The notes under the pieces were generated by a model, which worked only from the letters and a program-made list of their open reading frames with translations, ran no database searches and had not been told where the DNA came from. Positions 33,068 through 35,497 of a DNA stretch of 35,497 bases are shown here, in pieces. A program made the position numbers and the translations under genes. How positions within the stretch are numbered: the first letter of the stretch is position 1; every line of letters starts with the position of its first letter. Source of the DNA: a virus; IMG/VR virus record IMGVR_UViG_3300000271_000004, positions 1-35,497 of that record; one strand, 5' to 3'.

Positions 33068-33994
33068 ATGGCAAAGAATCCAGCATTTTTATTTTATTCT
33101 AATGACTTTTACGAGGGCACTAGAATGATGTTGCCAAATGAAAGAGCATGTTTCATTGACTTGATTATTTATCAACATCAACATGGATTAATTCCCAATA
33201 ATTTAGATAGAGTTTTGTTATATTGTTCAGGAATTGATAAAGCAACCCTTGAAGCAACCCTAGAAGCTAAGTTTGTAGCATCGGATGAAGGTTACTTTAA
33301 TGAAAAGCTAAAACAAGTAATTGAACAAAGAGAAGAATACTCAAATAAACAAAGTGAAAACGGTTTAATTGGTCAATTTTTTAAGAAAGCTAAATCTACA
33401 TTAAATACTAAAGAGTACAGTAAATTATATAGCTATATTCAGTCTAATTCTTTGCGTGAATTTATAATAAATGATTTAAAAAATAATGAATCAAATTATC
33501 AAGCTACCCTAAAAGGCATGCTTGAAGCATCGCTTAAGCATTTAGAAAATGAAATAGAAAATGAAATAGAAAATAAAGATTTAAATAAAAATTATTTAAA
33601 TACTAGTAACTCTGAAAAATTAATTTTGTTCGATTCTTGGTGGAATTTATATAAAAAGAAAAGAGGTAGAGATAAAGCAATTGATAAATGGTTAAAACTT
33701 TCAATTGAAGAAATTAATAAATGCCTAGAAGTTGTAACAGATTATGAAAAATCTAATCCTGATAAACAATATCAAAAAGACCCTTCAACATACCTTAATG
33801 GAAAACATTGGAACGACGAAATAATAATTAAAACCTTAAACAATGGAATTACAAACAACCAACAACAAAAACGAACTCTTGAACAACAAGCCGAAGACAT
33901 TACAGCCAGAATTCTTGGCAATGGTACAGGACAAAATCAAAACACAACAGACCCCGATAACGGCATCGAAGACATTGATTTCGTCTTTTCTTAA
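33068..33994 (+). CDS. DUF1376 (YdaU-like) replication-associated protein
   Basis: The N-terminus NPAFLFYSNDFYEGTRMMLPNERACFIDLIIYQHQHGLIPNN follows the DUF1376 signature. Internal tandem repeats are present. Confidence 0.7.
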   Translation: MAKNPAFLFYSNDFYEGTRMMLPNERACFIDLIIYQHQHGLIPNNLDRVLLYCSGIDKATLEATLEAKFVASDEGYFNEKLKQVIEQREEYSNKQSENGLIGQFFKKAKSTLNTKEYSKLYSYIQSNSLREFIINDLKNNESNYQATLKGMLEASLKHLENEIENEIENKDLNKNYLNTSNSEKLILFDSWWNLYKKKRGRDKAIDKWLKLSIEEINKCLEVVTDYEKSNPDKQYQKDPSTYLNGKHWNDEIIIKTLNNGITNNQQQKRTLEQQAEDITARILGNGTGQNQNTTDPDNGIEDIDFVFS

Positions 33995-34643
33995 AGAAGA
34001 TAACGAGTTTTGCGCTTTGGACATTAACAGACTTTCAAAAGCACTTGTTTACATAACACGCGTTTACTATGGATTGAATCCAGAGAATGTTGCAGATGAT
34101 GTTTACCGTGTTGTAATTGCGGAAGTAATAACCAAGTACAAAACACTCACTTTCTTACAACTCAATTTAGCGTACTCAGAATGCACGATTGAAAAGCGCC
34201 AAGGTGTTTCCCTTACTAAAGGTGAGTTAATGCAACCAATAGAAGATATGTGGCATAAAAAGGGGGTTATTGAATCTATTGCTAAACAAAACTTATCTGA
34301 ATACGAAGAAAAACAAAACGCTTTTCAAATTGCACAGCAATTCAAAGAAGATGCAATGAGTATTTACTTGCAAGATTTAGCAGATAAAAACAAGGTTTAT
34401 AGCGGTTCGGATTTTCAAGCAAGTTCTTTCGCTAAAAACTTTGAGGAACTATTCACATCCGATGAATTAGAAGCGTTTAAATTGGATGCCAAACGTTTGC
34501 ATCGTGAACTAAGTTTTCAATTCGAAAATTCAAAGGAGATTATCAATTTACCGCCAGCTGGTGAAGATAAGATTTATTGCAAAGTGCTACTTAATAACGC
34601 GTTAAATCGTGGAATGAATGGATATTTACTAATTAAAGATTAA
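33921..34643 (+). CDS. Hypothetical protein (start ambiguous: 33843 or 33921)
   Basis: The ORF has normal GC and overlaps the 3' end of the DUF1376 gene out of frame by 74 or 152 nt. Confidence 0.55.
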   Translation: MVQDKIKTQQTPITASKTLISSFLKEDNEFCALDINRLSKALVYITRVYYGLNPENVADDVYRVVIAEVITKYKTLTFLQLNLAYSECTIEKRQGVSLTKGELMQPIEDMWHKKGVIESIAKQNLSEYEEKQNAFQIAQQFKEDAMSIYLQDLADKNKVYSGSDFQASSFAKNFEELFTSDELEAFKLDAKRLHRELSFQFENSKEIINLPPAGEDKIYCKVLLNNALNRGMNGYLLIKD

Positions 34644-34646
34644 GTT

Positions 34647-34781
34647 ATGAAAAGAGAAGTAATAAAAATTGTGATTTTAGCATCTGTAATTGTTGCAGTA
34701 TGGACCATACTTAAAAGTATAGTAGGATTTGAAACGACTGTAATTGTAGCACTTGCCACTATATTTGCGAGCCAAAAATAG
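34647..34781 (+). CDS. 44-aa two-TM micro-protein, absent from the ORF track
   Basis: MKREVIKIVILASVIVAVWTILKSIVGFETTVIVALATIFASQK. Confidence 0.45.
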   Translation: MKREVIKIVILASVIVAVWTILKSIVGFETTVIVALATIFASQK

Positions 34782-34803
34782 AAACATTAATTAACGGGTA
34801 ACC

Positions 34804-35181
34804 ATGAAAGAAGAAGCGAAAAAGAAAGAACAGGACAAGCAATCTTGCAAAAATGATATTAGCAGTATTGCCAATCACAACGATATTAAGGAGATGATAT
34901 TAGCTGAATACAAGAAAGGTAATATTGTTGTTTCAACTTTTGATGGGTTGCAAGTTGCACCATTGAAAGAAATCATTAAACAGCCGATAGATGGACTTCT
35001 TTATGACCTTAACAGAAATGAAATGGTAGTTCTGAAATTCATAAATGACCATAAATGGATTAATGACTATGCAATGGTGCAAGTGGTTAGAGAGTTGAAA
35101 CAACAATTGGAATATAAGTCTAAATACGAATTTACCACTCATAAACTATTCCAACCGTCCATCACAATATTGAAATATTAG
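34804..35181 (+). CDS. Hypothetical protein
   Basis: 125-aa ORF. Confidence 0.6.
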   Translation: MKEEAKKKEQDKQSCKNDISSIANHNDIKEMILAEYKKGNIVVSTFDGLQVAPLKEIIKQPIDGLLYDLNRNEMVVLKFINDHKWINDYAMVQVVRELKQQLEYKSKYEFTTHKLFQPSITILKY

Positions 35182-35224
35182 CTGTAGTGAATGGTTAGAT
35201 TTGTTGAAACTTAAAAAAGTAATT

Positions 35225-35497
35225 ATGAAAAAAGTACATTTAAGAGATGAAAATTACAATTGGAAATCATTTCAATATAATGATTTATCTGAATTAAAAT
35301 CTGAATTAGAGAATAGAAAAATTTCGATTGGTTACGGTGCTTCGATTGGTGACGGTGCTTCGATTGGTAACGATTGTTCGATTGGTGACCTTGCTTCGAT
35401 TGGTAACGATTGTTCGATTGGTGACCTTGCTTCGATTGGTAACGATTGTTCGATTGGTAACCGTGCTTGGATTGGTAACGATTGTTCGATTGGTAAC
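35225..35497 (+). CDS. Hexapeptide-repeat protein, N-terminal part (continues at 76..342 after removing the 75-nt overlap)
   Basis: From the ATG at 35225 there is a 33-aa leader, then SIGYGA SIGDGA SIGNDC SIGDLA SIGNDC SIGDLA SIGNDC SIGNRA WIGNDC SIGN..., with the frame open to the window end. Confidence 0.75.
   Translation, partial: MKKVHLRDENYNWKSFQYNDLSELKSELENRKISIGYGASIGDGASIGNDCSIGDLASIGNDCSIGDLASIGNDCSIGNRAWIGNDCSIGN
35324..35497 (+). repeat. Tandem 18-nt repeats, including 2.5 copies of a perfect 36-nt unit
   Basis: Units start at 35324, 35342, 35360, 35378, 35396, 35414, 35432, 35450, 35468 and 35486. Confidence 0.9.
35423..35497. repeat. Exact 75-nt duplicate of 1..75
   Basis: Base-by-base comparison shows no mismatch. 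Confidence 0.95.

Noticed and set aside
35324-35497. The regularly spaced 18-nt repeats at both window ends might be mistaken for a CRISPR array.
   Set aside because: The units are contiguous with no spacers. Their period of 18 nt equals 6 codons, and they lie inside an open reading frame that encodes a hexapeptide-repeat protein.
1-35497. I looked for lysogeny functions (integrase, CI/Cro-like repressor, attP), a diversity-generating retroelement, a reverse transcriptase and toxin-antitoxin pairs.
   Set aside because: No ORF shows tyrosine or serine recombinase, reverse transcriptase or classic HTH repressor motifs that I can recognise. Absence is based on inspection only and needs an HMM search to confirm.

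Overview
The window appears to be a complete tailed-phage genome. The first 75 nt are identical to the last 75 nt, leaving about 35,422 nt of unique sequence, and one gene reads across the junction. All family calls are from my reading of the translated ORFs and motifs, not from a database search.

Layout:
- Early and recombination genes (about 0.3-6.0 kb): YqaJ-like exonuclease, YopX, many small zinc-ribbon or acidic ORFs.
- Packaging and head (6.0-11.4 kb): small and large terminase, portal, HK97-type prohead protease, HK97-type major capsid.
- Connector and tail-tube candidates (11.4-13.9 kb).
- A 740-nt almost ORF-free regulatory island (13.9-14.6 kb).
- Tail assembly and fibres (14.6-26.1 kb): 983-aa tape measure, 1130-aa tail protein, fibre proteins.
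- Lysis cassette (26.1-27.9 kb): three small membrane proteins, a YiiX-type peptidase and a CHAP peptidase.
- Second early/replication block (28.1-35.5 kb): DnaA-domain-IV-like protein, DUF3127-type SSB with a DDLPF tail, HNH-like, VRR-NUC and PD-(D/E)XK nucleases, DUF1376 replication protein.

I see no integrase, repressor, DNA polymerase, helicase, tRNA or CRISPR array. A Bacteroidota (Flavobacteriia-like) host is suggested by the low GC, mostly absent Shine-Dalgarno sequences, TAnnTTTG boxes in the intergenic gaps and the DUF3127 protein.

Most worth a second look:
- the non-coding island inside the structural operon;
- two low-GC nuclease/replication cassettes with a pseudoknot-capable leader;
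- a bipartite motif conserved at three operon starts;
- the portal gene, which is the only minus-strand gene;
- single-gene cassettes flanked by perfect 15-17-nt direct repeats;
- the hexapeptide-repeat gene built from near-perfect 18-nt tandem DNA repeats, in which the assembly closes.
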